64,000 nt of DNA from an uncultured delta proteobacterium (GCA_963806225.1 CAWDXG010000004.1:480001-544000), one strand, 5' to 3'. Positions 32,168 through 44,917 are shown, numbered from the stretch's first letter. Notes: generated by a model from the letters alone, not told the origin. Numbers and translations are program-made.

Positions 32168-32905
32168 GTGGCCTCGAAAAAGCCCCCGCGCAACGCGCCG
32201 CCGGCACGCACCCTGGCGATCGACATCGGCGGCACCGGCATCAAGATGATCGTGCTCGACCCCGAGGGGCACCCGGTGAACGAACGCGCGCGCGAGCTCA
32301 CGCCGCACCCGGCAGCGCCCAAGGACGTGCTCAAGGTGATCCGCAAGATGGTGCCGGCCCAGCCCGCCTTCGATCGCGTCTCGGTGGGTTTCCCGGGCGT
32401 GGTCGTGCGCGGTGTGGTGCGCACGGCGCCCAATCTCGACACGAAGCTCTGGTCGGGCCACGACCTGCAGACGGAGATCCACTCGGTCACGAACAAGCCG
32501 GTGCGCGTGATCAACGACGCCGATCTGCAGGGCTATGGCGTCATCCGCGGACAGGGCGTAGAGCTGGTGCTGACGCTGGGCACGGGGCTCGGGGCAGCGT
32601 TGTTCGTCGACGGGCACCTGGTGCCGAACCTCGAGCTCGGCCATCACCCGTTCCGCAAGGGCGAAACCTACGAGGAGCGCGTCAGCAACGCCGAGCGCAA
32701 GCGCATCGGCAACAAGCGCTGGGCCAGGCGCGTGCACCGCGTGCTCGAACAGCTCGAACCGATCTTCAACTACGACGACCTGTACATCGGCGGCGGCAAC
32801 GCGCGGAAGCTCGACCACGACCTGCCGAAGAACGTGCACGTGTTCGAGAACGTGGAAGGGCTCGCGGGCGGCATCCGGCTGTGGGCGGATCGTCGCGTGA
32901 GCTAG
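32168..32905 (+). CDS. ROK family sugar kinase (polyphosphate glucokinase-like)
   Basis: IDIGGTGIK, INDAD, LTLGTGLG, NLELGH. Confidence 0.88.
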   Translation: MASKKPPRNAPPARTLAIDIGGTGIKMIVLDPEGHPVNERARELTPHPAAPKDVLKVIRKMVPAQPAFDRVSVGFPGVVVRGVVRTAPNLDTKLWSGHDLQTEIHSVTNKPVRVINDADLQGYGVIRGQGVELVLTLGTGLGAALFVDGHLVPNLELGHHPFRKGETYEERVSNAERKRIGNKRWARRVHRVLEQLEPIFNYDDLYIGGGNARKLDHDLPKNVHVFENVEGLAGGIRLWADRRVS

Positions 32906-32910
32906 CGCCC

Positions 32911-32955
32911 ACAAAACGCCGACGCCCCCTCGCACGCTCGGTGCAAGAGGGCGTC
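32911..32955 (-). terminator. intrinsic terminator-like hairpin between convergent ROK and lon genes
   Basis: gacgccc..gcac / gtgc..gggcgtc stem followed by a short T tract on the minus strand. Confidence 0.55.
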
Positions 32956-32971
32956 GTGGCTTGCGGACGGC

Positions 32972-35423
<2,452 letters not shown>

Positions 35424-35563
35424 GGGGTCTCACCTTGATGGGGGCCTGGCCCGGATGCTGGCTGGGGGTTGGTCGGTCGCGACCGGAAAAACCCAGCCCT
35501 CCGGCTTTTGCGACGTCCGGGCACGCTGGTCAAGCTAACCACATCCGGTCGGCGCGCCAGGAC

Positions 35564-35578
35564 TGGCACGCTCCTTGC
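35564..35578 (+). promoter_or_regulatory. sigma54-type -24/-12 promoter motif
   Basis: TGGCACG-CTCC-TTGC matches TGGCACG-N4-TTGC; lies in the lon/fmt intergenic region, pointing toward fmt. Confidence 0.5.
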
Positions 35579-35666
35579 GTTGGAGTTATGTTCCCGGGGC
35601 GTCCAGCTCGGACCGCGCGCGGTCCGCGCATGCGTTCGCGGTTTGCTAGCCGGTTGTGGACTACCG

Positions 35667-36602
35667 ATGCGGACTGTCTTCTTCGGAACACCCGCCATTG
35701 CCGTACCGGCGCTTCGTGCGCTCGCCGAGACGAGCGAGCTCGTGGGGGTGGTGTGCCAGCCCGACCGCCCTGCTGGGCGCGGGCTCGCGCTGCGCGAGCC
35801 CGCCGTGAAGATCGCCGCGCGGGAGCTCGGGCTGGAGGCTCACCAGCCGGTCAAGGTGAAGACCGGCAACCTGCACGAGTGGTTGGCGGAGCGGCGCGCC
35901 GACGTGGCTCTGGTGCTGGCGTACGGGCGCATCCTGCCCCGGGCGGTGCTCGACGCGCCGCGCCGCGGCTGCATGAACCTGCACGCATCGCTCTTGCCGC
36001 ACTACCGGGGCGCCGCGCCCATCAACTGGGCGATCGTGCACGGCGAGACGGAGACCGGCATCTCCCTCATGCAGATGGACGAGGGGCTGGACTCGGGGCC
36101 GGTGTACGCCATGCGGCGGCTGGCGATTTCCGCCGCCGAAACCGCCGGAGAGCTCGCGGAGCGACTGGCCGCGCTGGCCGCGCTGGTGGTCCGCGAGGAC
36201 CTGCCGCGCGCGGTTTCCGGCGACCTCGCCGCGGCGGCGCAGGACGAGGCGCAGGCGAGCTGGGCTCCGCTCATCACGCCCGGACACACCCGCGTGGACT
36301 GGGGCAAGAGCGCCAACGAGATCGTGAATCTGGTGCGAGGCATGGCGCCGCGACCCGGAGCCCACACCGGGGTGCGGGGAAAGAAGCTCAGGTTGCACGC
36401 AATCCGCAGCGCGGAGGAAGGCGTGGAGGGCCCCCCTGGCACGGTCCACATCAGCGACCGGCGCGCGATCCTGGTGCAGGCCGGCGTCGGCACCGTGGAG
36501 ATCCTGCGCGCCCAGCTGGAGGGGCGGAAGCCGCTCGATGCCGCTGATCTGGTCAACGGCCGGGCGCTGAAAGACGGCGACCTGCTGGAGACGCCCTCCT
36601 GA
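35667..36602 (+). CDS. fmt: methionyl-tRNA formyltransferase
   Basis: FFGTP, QPDRPAGRG, NLHASLLPHYRGAAPINWAI, MDEGLDSG. Confidence 0.96.
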   Translation: MRTVFFGTPAIAVPALRALAETSELVGVVCQPDRPAGRGLALREPAVKIAARELGLEAHQPVKVKTGNLHEWLAERRADVALVLAYGRILPRAVLDAPRRGCMNLHASLLPHYRGAAPINWAIVHGETETGISLMQMDEGLDSGPVYAMRRLAISAAETAGELAERLAALAALVVREDLPRAVSGDLAAAAQDEAQASWAPLITPGHTRVDWGKSANEIVNLVRGMAPRPGAHTGVRGKKLRLHAIRSAEEGVEGPPGTVHISDRRAILVQAGVGTVEILRAQLEGRKPLDAADLVNGRALKDGDLLETPS

Positions 36603-36726
36603 GCGCCTCGAATCCACTCGAGGGGTGCACTGTAATCGCTTGATACCAAGGCAGTTACCGGGGATCGTCCATGCGGCGAGGGGCACTTTCCCGCGAGTGG
36701 GCCGGGCGGTGCTACGATGACCGGCG

Positions 36727-37332
36727 ATGGAGCAATCCGAGCGCTTCATCGAAGCCATCCGGGAGGAATTTCCGGGCTTCGCAATCGCCGACAAGGGGGA
36801 CAATCGTCTCTCTCGCTGGATCGATCGGACCCTGAAGGTCATCACGCTCGGAGGGCAACGCGAGTACCTCACGCGCTATCACACGGTGATCGGAAATACG
36901 CTCTACGTTCCGGCGAGTTGGAGCGCTGCGTCGGATGTGGAGCGGCTGATCGTGCTCAGGCACGAGCGCGTGCATCTCAGGCAACGGCGGCGCTACGGCC
37001 TGGCGTTGTTCGCACTGCTCTATCTGGTGCCGTTCCTGCCACTGGGGCTCGCCTACGGCCGCGCGCGCCTGGAGTGGGAGGCGTACGCCGAGACGCTCCG
37101 CGCGACCGCCGAGCTCGAAGGGCTCGACGCGGCGCGCGCCGGGGAGCTCCGCCGTCGAATAGTTGGCCGCTTCACCGGCCCGGCCTACGGCTGGATGTGG
37201 CCTTTCAGGCGACAGGTGGAAAAGTGGTACGCAGACGTGCTGGACGGACTGGGCTCCGCGGGGGCCCGGCAGGACACGCCGGGCGACGGGACCAAGCCGC
37301 GCCCGGCTCGAATCTCACAGGGCCGCACATGA
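36727..37332 (+). CDS. hypothetical protein with zincin-like HExxH motif
   Basis: LRHERVHLRQ, hydrophobic segment, downstream LEWEAY. Confidence 0.65.
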   Translation: MEQSERFIEAIREEFPGFAIADKGDNRLSRWIDRTLKVITLGGQREYLTRYHTVIGNTLYVPASWSAASDVERLIVLRHERVHLRQRRRYGLALFALLYLVPFLPLGLAYGRARLEWEAYAETLRATAELEGLDAARAGELRRRIVGRFTGPAYGWMWPFRRQVEKWYADVLDGLGSAGARQDTPGDGTKPRPARISQGRT

Positions 37333-37373
37333 ACGGCGAACGCGACGGATTGCGACCGGAGGCGCTGAGCTAG

Positions 37374-40065
37374 ATGGCGATGGGACCCGTCGTAGGTATC
37401 GACCTCGGCACGACGAACACGGTCGTCGCCCTGGTCAGGGACGGCCAGGCTGCGGCGCTCGCGGACGAGAGCGGCGAGAAGCTGATCCCGTCGGTCGTGT
37501 CGTTCCATCCAAACGGCAACGTGCTGGTCGGGCGCGCGGCACGCGCGCGGCGGCTGAACGATGCCGCCAACACGATCTACTCGGTCAAGCGCCTGATCGG
37601 CCGCAGCTGGGACTCGGAGGAGGTGCGGGTGGCGCGCTCGCGCTTCCCCTTCGAGATGCGCGAGGGACCGGGGCAGGCGGCACTGGTGGTGGCGCGGGGC
37701 GAGACCTACACGCTGCCCGAGATCAGCGCGTTCGTGCTGCGCAAGGCCAAGACCATTGCGGAAAGCGCGCTGGGACAGCAGATCGAGCGCGCCGTTATCA
37801 CAGTGCCGGCCAACTTCAACGACCTGCAGCGCGCAGCCACCAAGGTGGCGGGCCGCGTAGCGGGGCTCGAGGTGCTGCGCATCCTCAACGAGCCGACTGC
37901 GGCAGCGCTGGCCTACGGCTACGGCAAGGGCGGCGCCGAGCGCCTCGCCGTCTACGACTTCGGCGGCGGCACGTTCGACGTGACGCTGCTCGACCTGTCG
38001 GACAACGTGTTCGAGGTGCTGGCCACCGCCGGCAACACCTTCCTGGGCGGCGACGATATCGATCTTGCGATTGCCGAGCAGATGGCGGGCGAGTTCCTCG
38101 CGCAGCACCGATACGACCCGCACACCGATCCGCAGGCGTTCGAGAGGCTGCGCAGCGCGGCCGAGCTGATCAAGGTGCGCCTGTCGAGCCTCGCGGAGAC
38201 CAGCGTGGACCTGCAGGAGGTCGCGCACGGACCCGGCGGCAAGGCGCTGGGGTTGACGTTCTCGATGACGCAGGCGGAGCTCGAGCGGATCGCGCGCCCG
38301 ATCGTCGAGAAGAGCTTCGACGTGTGCCGCGAGGCGCTGGGCATCGCGCGGATGCAACCGGGCGATTTCGACCAGGTGCTGCTGGTCGGCGGTTCGACGC
38401 GCATTCCGATGGTGCGCCAGCGTGTCGAGGCCTTCTTCAAGCGCCCGGCGCTCGGCAACGTCAGCCCCGACGAGGTGGTCGCCATCGGCGCAGCGATCCA
38501 AGCCGGAGCGCTCACGAGCGCGGAGCGGCGTCGCGGCGCGATTCCGGAGCCGCCGCAGCCGGCCTCTCGTGGCTCGCAGCCACCCTCGGCGCGCAAGAGC
38601 CGGCCCCCTCCGATCCCCAGGCGCGGCGGTACGCTGCCGCCCGGGGCCGAGCGTCCAAGCACACCTGGCATGTTCCCCGCGGGCGAGCCGCACACGCAAC
38701 CCTTCGGCCGCGAGCGCATGCCGACCTCGCCCGGACTGCAGCCGGGCTCGGGCGTGAAGCCGCTGCCGGCCACCGGCCAGCCGATGGTCGTGCAACCGCC
38801 GGGCGCGAAGCGTGGCCGGGCAACTCCGGTGAATCCGCGGCGGACGACGGGACCCAGCATGGGAGAACCGCCGGAGACGCTCGCTGGTCTGGGTGCCCGC
38901 GGCCGCGTTCCAACGGGAACCGGGCTCGGTCCGGCAGCCGAGCAGGCCCGAGCCGAGACGGAGGGGGCGAGCTCGACGCTTGCCAGTGCCAAGGAGGCGG
39001 CACGCGAAGCGAGACGCCGCGCCGCGGCCAGCCACGCCGACATCCCGCTGCCCCTGGTAGGCGTGGACGACGCCGAGACGGATGACGTCACCGCGCGCTC
39101 CACGGCCGCGCAGAAGGAGCTCACGCCGGAGGAAGTCGCGGCGAAATACGGCAACTTGCCCCTGATCATGCCCGGCGATGCGCCGGCAGCCACCCCGCGC
39201 ACAACCGAGGAGAGTGTACCCGCGTATTCGCTCGACACAGCGGATCTGGAGGAGGTCACGAGCACGCGCCCTGAGCCCCAGGGCACGCAGCAGATGCAGG
39301 CGTCGCCGGAGCGTCCTCCTCCGCGACGCAGCACCACCTCGTCGACCTTCATCGAGGAAGACGTTCGAGCAACTGCCAATCCCGGGGCTGCCCGGCGAAG
39401 CGCCTCCCGCTGCTCCGCCGCAGCCGCAGTGGGGCGCACCGCAACAACCGGCACAACAGCAATGGGGCGCGCCCGAGCCACCGCCGCAGCAGCAGCAGTG
39501 GGGCGCACCGCAACAACCCGCTCCACCCGCCCAGCAGCAGTGGGGCGCGCAGCAGCAACCGCAGCAGCAGCAGTGGGGCGCTCAGCCTCCCATGGCCCCG
39601 CCGTCGCCCCCGGAGCCGCAGATCCACGAGATGGCCGCGGCGCCGCAGCCGCCGCTGCTGGTGGACGTGACACCGCTCAGCCTGAACGTCGAGACGGTCA
39701 GCGGCTTCTGCGACACCATCATCGAGCGCAACACTCCGGTGCCGGTCGAACGCACGCGGAACTTCGTGACCGCCGCCGATGAACAGACGGTGGTGCGAGT
39801 GCGGGTCGGCCAGGGCGAGTCGTCACACTTCGAGGACAACACGCTGCTCGGCGAAGTCGAGCTCAGCGGGCTGCGCGCCGCACCGCGCGGGCAGGTCTCG
39901 GTCGCCGTGACCTTTGCGCTCGACACGGACGGGATCCTCAACGTCCGCGCTACGGACACCGCGACGGGGCGAGCGACCGAGACGCGGGTCCGGCTGGTGG
40001 GCATGCCGGACGCCAGCCAGATTTCGCAGATGGCCGCACGGCAAGCCGCCCATCCGGCCATGTAG
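37374..40065 (+). CDS. atypical Hsp70 family protein with long Pro/Gln-rich insertion, frameshift near 39350
   Basis: GIDLGTTN, TVPANFND, ILNEPTAAALAYG, DFGGGTFD, LVGGSTRIP; later LLVDVTPLSL..TFALDTDGILNV. Confidence 0.88.
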
Positions 40066-40124
40066 CGCGCCGCCTGCGCCTCGCTCTGGCCTCCCGAGCG
40101 CCCGCGGGGTACGCATCAAGCTGG

Positions 40125-40661
40125 ATGGTCGACCCCGACGACACCGATCGGGTCCAGCGCTGGGCGACAGTGCTGGACGACTCGAGCTACTACGAGATCC
40201 TCGGCGTGCTCGAGATCGCGGACGACCGCGCCATCCGCGAAGCGTTCCACCAGTTCTCGCTCGCCTTCCACCCCGACGTGCACGTGGGCGCGGACGAGGA
40301 GCTGCTCGCGACCGTACGCCGCCTGTTCCAGCAGGGAGCCGAAGCCTATCGCGTGCTCAGCCACCCGGAGCTGCGCGTGCGCTACGACATGGCGCTCGCC
40401 AAGGGCCACCTCCGCCTCGAGGCCCGCGACGTGCCGGTCGGGCCGGCGCTGGACAGGGAAGCCAAGCCCCTGCACGAGCTCTGCCGCTCCGCCGGCGCGA
40501 AGCTCAGCGCGCAGAAGGCGGACAAGCTGATCGGCACCGGCGATCTCGCTGGAGCCAAGCGCGCGCTCGAACAGGCGCTCCAGTTCGACGGCGGCGCCAA
40601 TCCCGCCCTGTCCGAACGGCTCGAGGCGATCGAGGTCGCGCTGTACGCGATGGGCGAGTAA
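40125..40661 (+). CDS. J-domain protein with C-terminal TPR-like helices
   Basis: YYEILGV, FHPD, EAYRVLS..RVRYD. Confidence 0.88.
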   Translation: MVDPDDTDRVQRWATVLDDSSYYEILGVLEIADDRAIREAFHQFSLAFHPDVHVGADEELLATVRRLFQQGAEAYRVLSHPELRVRYDMALAKGHLRLEARDVPVGPALDREAKPLHELCRSAGAKLSAQKADKLIGTGDLAGAKRALEQALQFDGGANPALSERLEAIEVALYAMGE

Positions 40662-40692
40662 CGGCCGCCGCCGGTCGCCGACATTTCCGCCG

Positions 40693-41067
40693 ACATAACC
40701 GGGTATGTCCCCGACAATGTCGCCCCGCGACGCCGCGCTGCCCCGCGCGCCGACACCCGCACCCCACATAACCGGGTATGTCCCCGACAATGTCGCCCCG
40801 CGACGCCGCGCTGCCCCGCGCGCCGACACCCGCACCCCACATAACCGGGTATGTCCCCGACAATGTCGCCCCGCGACGCCGCGCTGCCCCGTGCGCCGAC
40901 ACCCGCACCCCACATAACCGGGTATGTCCCCGACAATGTCGCCCCGCGACGCCGCGCTGCCCCGCGCGCCGACACCCGCACCCCACATAACCGGGTATGT
41001 CCCCGACAATGTCGCCCCGCGACGCCGCGCTGCCCCGCGCGCCGACACCCGCACCCCACATAACCGG
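40693..41067. repeat. non-coding 73 bp tandem repeat, 5 full copies plus a partial copy
   Basis: unit acataaccgggtatgtccccgacaatgtcgccccgcgacgccgcgctgccccgcgcgccgacacccgcacccc starts at 40693, 40766, 40839, 40912, 40985; one substitution in copy 3. Confidence 0.95.
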
Positions 41068-41307
41068 CCACGTGTCGCCCCCGACCATCACACACGACCG
41101 ACGTGATCGCCCACGTCCAACGCAAGTGCGCCAACGCAAGTGCGCCGACGCGAGACGCCGACGCGAGACGCCGCCGCTCCGTCTCCAGGGCCTTGAATGG
41201 CCAGCAGCGTTGTCGCGACGCGGAGAGCCGGCGGTGTCGCGCCGTTTCCATGCGGCGCGAGCGGCTGCCAGGACCCCCACCCTACCCGCTTGGGCGACGG
41301 GCAGCCC

Positions 41308-41955
41308 TTACTTGCCCAGCCCGTCGAGCTCGGCGTTCAGCGAGTCGAGGATGCTCAGCGCCGCTTCCTTGGCCGAGTCGATCTCCGACTCCGGCCCGCT
41401 CATCACCAGGCGACCGGTGGCGCCGAACGGTCGCATCTCGTTCAGCTTGACGCGTGCGGCCTTGAGCGCCTCGTTGGCGGCGATGGTCAGGTAGGCCGCT
41501 GGCGCGACCTCGAGAATCAGCACCGAGTCGTTCGCCAGCACCATGTTGCCCTTGGAGGTGCCGGTGAAATAGATCGCGTGGTCCTGCTCGATGCCGCGGA
41601 TGGTCATGTTGGTCAGCACTTGCAGGCGTGAGCGGTCGGTGGGCTTGAGGCCGGTTTGAGACAGGACGGCCTCGCCAGCCGCGCGCACCTCGCCCTGATC
41701 TTCGTGCTGGATCAGCATCAGACCGTACTGCCGCTCGGTGACCACCGACCCCAACCGGACCTTGGTGCTCTTCAGCGCCAGGTCGATCATGCGGTGGATC
41801 TCCATGGCCGGTGCCAGCTCGAGCATGATGGCGGCGTCGTACTCTTTCGGGTCGTACACCCGATTGTCCTTGGCGATGAACTGTGCCAGCTGGGGCTGGA
41901 GCTGGTCGATGAAGATGTAGGTACGAAGCTCGAAGCCGCTTTTCTTGCTCGACAT
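41308..41955 (-). CDS. BMC-T shell protein, permuted double-stacking type (CcmP/CsoS1D-like)
   Basis: LRTYIFIDQLQPQ, ELAPA, ERQYG, PAAY..AANEALKAA, FGATGRL. Confidence 0.88.
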   Translation of the reverse strand: MSSKKSGFELRTYIFIDQLQPQLAQFIAKDNRVYDPKEYDAAIMLELAPAMEIHRMIDLALKSTKVRLGSVVTERQYGLMLIQHEDQGEVRAAGEAVLSQTGLKPTDRSRLQVLTNMTIRGIEQDHAIYFTGTSKGNMVLANDSVLILEVAPAAYLTIAANEALKAARVKLNEMRPFGATGRLVMSGPESEIDSAKEAALSILDSLNAELDGLGK

Positions 41956-41973
41956 TCTCTCTCTCCAGTTTGC

Positions 41974-42255
41974 CTACTGCTGAGCCGTTTCGACCGCATC
42001 GACGATCCCGACGATGACCGAGCGGACCGGACCGAATTCGTCCGTCGAGAGGAGCTGGCGGGCCGAATTGCCTTCGTCTTCCACCAGCACCGTTTCCCCG
42101 ACGCCTGCCCCCACCATGTCCACTGCTATCACGTACTTTTCCCCGTCGAAGCTGCCGTCCGGGAGGGTGTAGCGCACCATGAGCTGTTTGCGCCCCCGGT
42201 AGAAGGGGTGCTGCTGCGTGGCTACGATGGTGCCGACGACGCGCCCGAGAATCAT
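41974..42255 (-). CDS. BMC-P vertex protein (EutN/CcmL family)
   Basis: MILGRVVGTIVAT, AVDMVGAGVGETVL, IVGIVD. Confidence 0.92.
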   Translation of the reverse strand: MILGRVVGTIVATQQHPFYRGRKQLMVRYTLPDGSFDGEKYVIAVDMVGAGVGETVLVEDEGNSARQLLSTDEFGPVRSVIVGIVDAVETAQQ

Positions 42256-42527
42256 GGCTCCTCGTAGCTATGCTCGTCGACGATCCCCACGATCGCCTTG
42301 TCTACCGGCACGAAGCGCGGCGCGTGCAGGAGCGCCGCTTCGCGCGACGACTCGTAGGTGACTAGACAGCCGGGCCCGGCCTGGTCGGAGGCGTCGGTGG
42401 CCACGAACGGCTCGCCTTCCACTTCCAGCCGGGAGGTCAGGGGGCGCACGATGAGCAACTTGATGCCCTCGAGCCCGTCGCTCTTGGTGTGGCTAACCAG
42501 GGTGCCGATGACGCGCCCGAGCTTCAT
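42252..42527 (-). CDS. BMC-P vertex protein (EutN/CcmL family)
   Basis: MKLGRVIGTLVSHTK..LEGIKLL, QAGPG, VDKAIVGIVD. Confidence 0.9.
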   Translation of the reverse strand: MKLGRVIGTLVSHTKSDGLEGIKLLIVRPLTSRLEVEGEPFVATDASDQAGPGCLVTYESSREAALLHAPRFVPVDKAIVGIVDEHSYEEP

Positions 42528-43132
42528 CCGCGCCACTCCGGGAAGAAGTGGGTCGAGCTGCCGAGGGTGGCGAGCACGCTCTCGTCGGCACGCCGGATCA
42601 CCGCCTGCGACCAGCCCTGCGCGTTGCCGCGCTCTGCGCTTCGCTCGGCGAGCTCCAGCGCGGCTTCCACGTCGTGCGTTTCGCCCCACACGCTGGCGAT
42701 GGCCTTGCCGCTGAGGCCGTCGCCCACGCGCAGCTCTACCAGATCGACCAGCGCGCCTTTGAGGGCTGCATCCACCGCGGCCAGCAAGGTGGGCGGCGTG
42801 GCGTTCTGCAATACTCCCAGCGTGTCGCCCGGTGCGGGCCAGCGCCGCACGCCCTGGGAGATGGCCGGAGCGATCCGCTCCTCGGCCCGCGGGAGCAGCA
42901 CGCTGTCGCACAGCGCCGCGCCCGTCGAGGCCCGCGCCCGGTCGAGCGAGCGCTCCACCGGCTCCACCTCGCCTGCGAACAGGATGAAGAAGCGACCGCT
43001 CTGTACGGTTCCGGCGTTCAGAACCTGGACCTCCGCTTCCTTGGCCAGCACGTCCAGCGCAAGGAGACCTTGCGGGACCTCCGCGATGTCGAGCATCGCG
43101 AGGGCGGGGCCGAGCGGGGACGCGCTCACCAT
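42524..43132 (-). CDS. BMC-T tandem-domain shell protein (PduT-like, no pore Cys)
   Basis: ALAMLDI..GLLALDVLAKEAEV..VQSGRF; second domain AVDAALKGA..GLSGKA. Confidence 0.85.
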   Translation of the reverse strand: MVSASPLGPALAMLDIAEVPQGLLALDVLAKEAEVQVLNAGTVQSGRFFILFAGEVEPVERSLDRARASTGAALCDSVLLPRAEERIAPAISQGVRRWPAPGDTLGVLQNATPPTLLAAVDAALKGALVDLVELRVGDGLSGKAIASVWGETHDVEAALELAERSAERGNAQGWSQAVIRRADESVLATLGSSTHFFPEWRG

Positions 43133-43136
43133 TTTC

Positions 43137-44588
43137 TCACACGATCCTGAAGTGATCGACCACGGTGCAGCGCCGCCAGCGCGAGAACGACACCGGAGTG
43201 GTCAGCCCCTCGCCAGTGGGGGAAGCGATGGTGAAGGACGTCCAGCCCTCGCCTGCGGCGCCGAGCCCGTCGATGCTGCGGCCGTTCTTCACGAAGATGC
43301 TGCAGTTGCACTTCCGCGCCATACGCGAGAGGGCATCCAGATTGTGCGAGTGCATGGTGGCGGTGTGGAAGTTCTTGCCTTCGGCGTCCACGGCCAGGTC
43401 GATCGCCTCCTCCACCGTCTTCACCCGCGTGATGGGGAGCACCGGCATCATCTGCTCGGTCCAGATCAGCGGGTGATCGTTCGGAACTTCCACGAGCACC
43501 GTGCGCACCTCGGGCCCCGCATGGATGCCCAGGCGCTGCAGAATGACCGAGGCGTTCTTGCCCACCAGATCGCGGTCGATGGTGGCGTGCCCGCGCGGAC
43601 CGGCCATCTTCTTGAAGATGGCGTTTTCGAGCCGCGGCAGGTCTTTGGGATCGAGCAGCATCGCGCCGTGGCGGGTCATGGCCTGCTTCAGCGCGTCGGC
43701 AATGCTATCGACGACGATGCATTCCTTCTCGTCCACGCAGATGATGTTGTTGTCGTGGGAGTGACCGAGCACGACCTTGCGTGCCGCCTTGTCGAGGTCG
43801 GCCGTGGCATCGACCACCGCCGGTGGATTGCCCGGACCGGCGCAGATGGCGCGCTTGCCCGAGCCCATTGCCGCCTTCACCACCGCGCCGCCGCCGGTGA
43901 CCACCAGGAGCCGCACCAGCGGGTGCTTCATCAGCTGGCCAGCGCTCTCGATGGTGGGCTCGGCGATGCAGGTGAGCACGTCGGGCGGGCCGCCGGCCGC
44001 CACGATGGTGCGGTTCAAGAGCTGGATGGTGTGCATCGACACGCGCTTGGCGGACGGATGCACGTTGAACAGCACGGTGTTGCCCGCCGAGATCATCGCG
44101 ATCGCGTTGTTGATGATCGTGGACGTCGGGTTGGTGACGGGAGTGATCGCGCCGATCACGCCGAAGGGCGCCGGCTCCATCAGCATCAGGCCGTGGTCAC
44201 CTGAGCGCGCGAGCGGCTCGAGCATTTCCGGCCCGGGCGTCTTGTCGGTGACCAGTGCGTTCTTGGTGATCTTGTCTTCGTAACGACCGAGCCCGGTTTC
44301 CTCGTGGGCGAACTTCGACAGCGCGTTGACCTCGCGCCGGCACACCTCGCGCATCGCCGCGATGATGGCGTAGCGCTGGCTGAGGGGGACGTCGCAATAG
44401 GCGAGGAAGGCACGGCGCGACGCCTGTGCAGCCTCGTCGATGGTGGAATAGACGCCGTCGCCCAGGGCGCCGCCGCCAGCGGGAGCGGGCGCCGCCGCCG
44501 GTGGCGCGCTGTGGTTTTCGAGGATCTCCGTGGCCAGCGCCTCGGCGATGCGCCGGATGGCTCTGGGATCAACTCTGGCTTGGCTCAT
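43137..44588 (-). CDS. CoA-acylating aldehyde dehydrogenase (EutE/PduP family) with N-terminal encapsulation peptide
   Basis: PFGVIGAITPVTNP, VTGG..VVKAA, AGPGNPP, DNNIICVDEK, EQMMPVLP, TIASPTGEG. Confidence 0.93.
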   Translation of the reverse strand: MSQARVDPRAIRRIAEALATEILENHSAPPAAAPAPAGGGALGDGVYSTIDEAAQASRRAFLAYCDVPLSQRYAIIAAMREVCRREVNALSKFAHEETGLGRYEDKITKNALVTDKTPGPEMLEPLARSGDHGLMLMEPAPFGVIGAITPVTNPTSTIINNAIAMISAGNTVLFNVHPSAKRVSMHTIQLLNRTIVAAGGPPDVLTCIAEPTIESAGQLMKHPLVRLLVVTGGGAVVKAAMGSGKRAICAGPGNPPAVVDATADLDKAARKVVLGHSHDNNIICVDEKECIVVDSIADALKQAMTRHGAMLLDPKDLPRLENAIFKKMAGPRGHATIDRDLVGKNASVILQRLGIHAGPEVRTVLVEVPNDHPLIWTEQMMPVLPITRVKTVEEAIDLAVDAEGKNFHTATMHSHNLDALSRMARKCNCSIFVKNGRSIDGLGAAGEGWTSFTIASPTGEGLTTPVSFSRWRRCTVVDHFRIV

Positions 44589-44596
44589 GCCTCACC

Positions 44597-44917
44597 TCAG
44601 ACCTCGACCTCGTAGCCGTGCTCGGGGCTGTACTTCTCGTACAGCTGGCGCCCGTCGACCGTCCACTGATCGACGATGGCCATGATCACGGCATCGCAGG
44701 GGCGGTTCCTGGTCATCTCGGTTTGTCGGGCGGAGGAGCCCGACGCGAACAGCACGTACTCGTCCACTCCGGCACCGACGGCGTCGACCGCAACGACATA
44801 GCCGCCATCCTCCATCGTTTCCGGATTGGTCTGCCTGAGCAGCAGGAACTTGAACCCCTCGATGTTGGGGTCCTTGCGGTTGGAAACGACCGTTCCGATG
44901 ACTTTCGCGAGCTGCAT
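44597..44917 (-). CDS. BMC-P vertex protein (EutN/CcmL family)
   Basis: MQLAKVIGTVVSNRK, VAVDAVGAG, GSSAR, DAVIMAIVD. Confidence 0.93.
   Translation of the reverse strand: MQLAKVIGTVVSNRKDPNIEGFKFLLLRQTNPETMEDGGYVVAVDAVGAGVDEYVLFASGSSARQTEMTRNRPCDAVIMAIVDQWTVDGRQLYEKYSPEHGYEVEV

Noticed and set aside
40693..41067. CRISPR array
   Set aside because: Units are identical end to end with no variable spacers, and no cas genes are in the window.
40705..41494. Repeated small ORFs (MSPTMSPRDAA...)
   Set aside because: By-products of the 73 bp repeat cycling through frames.
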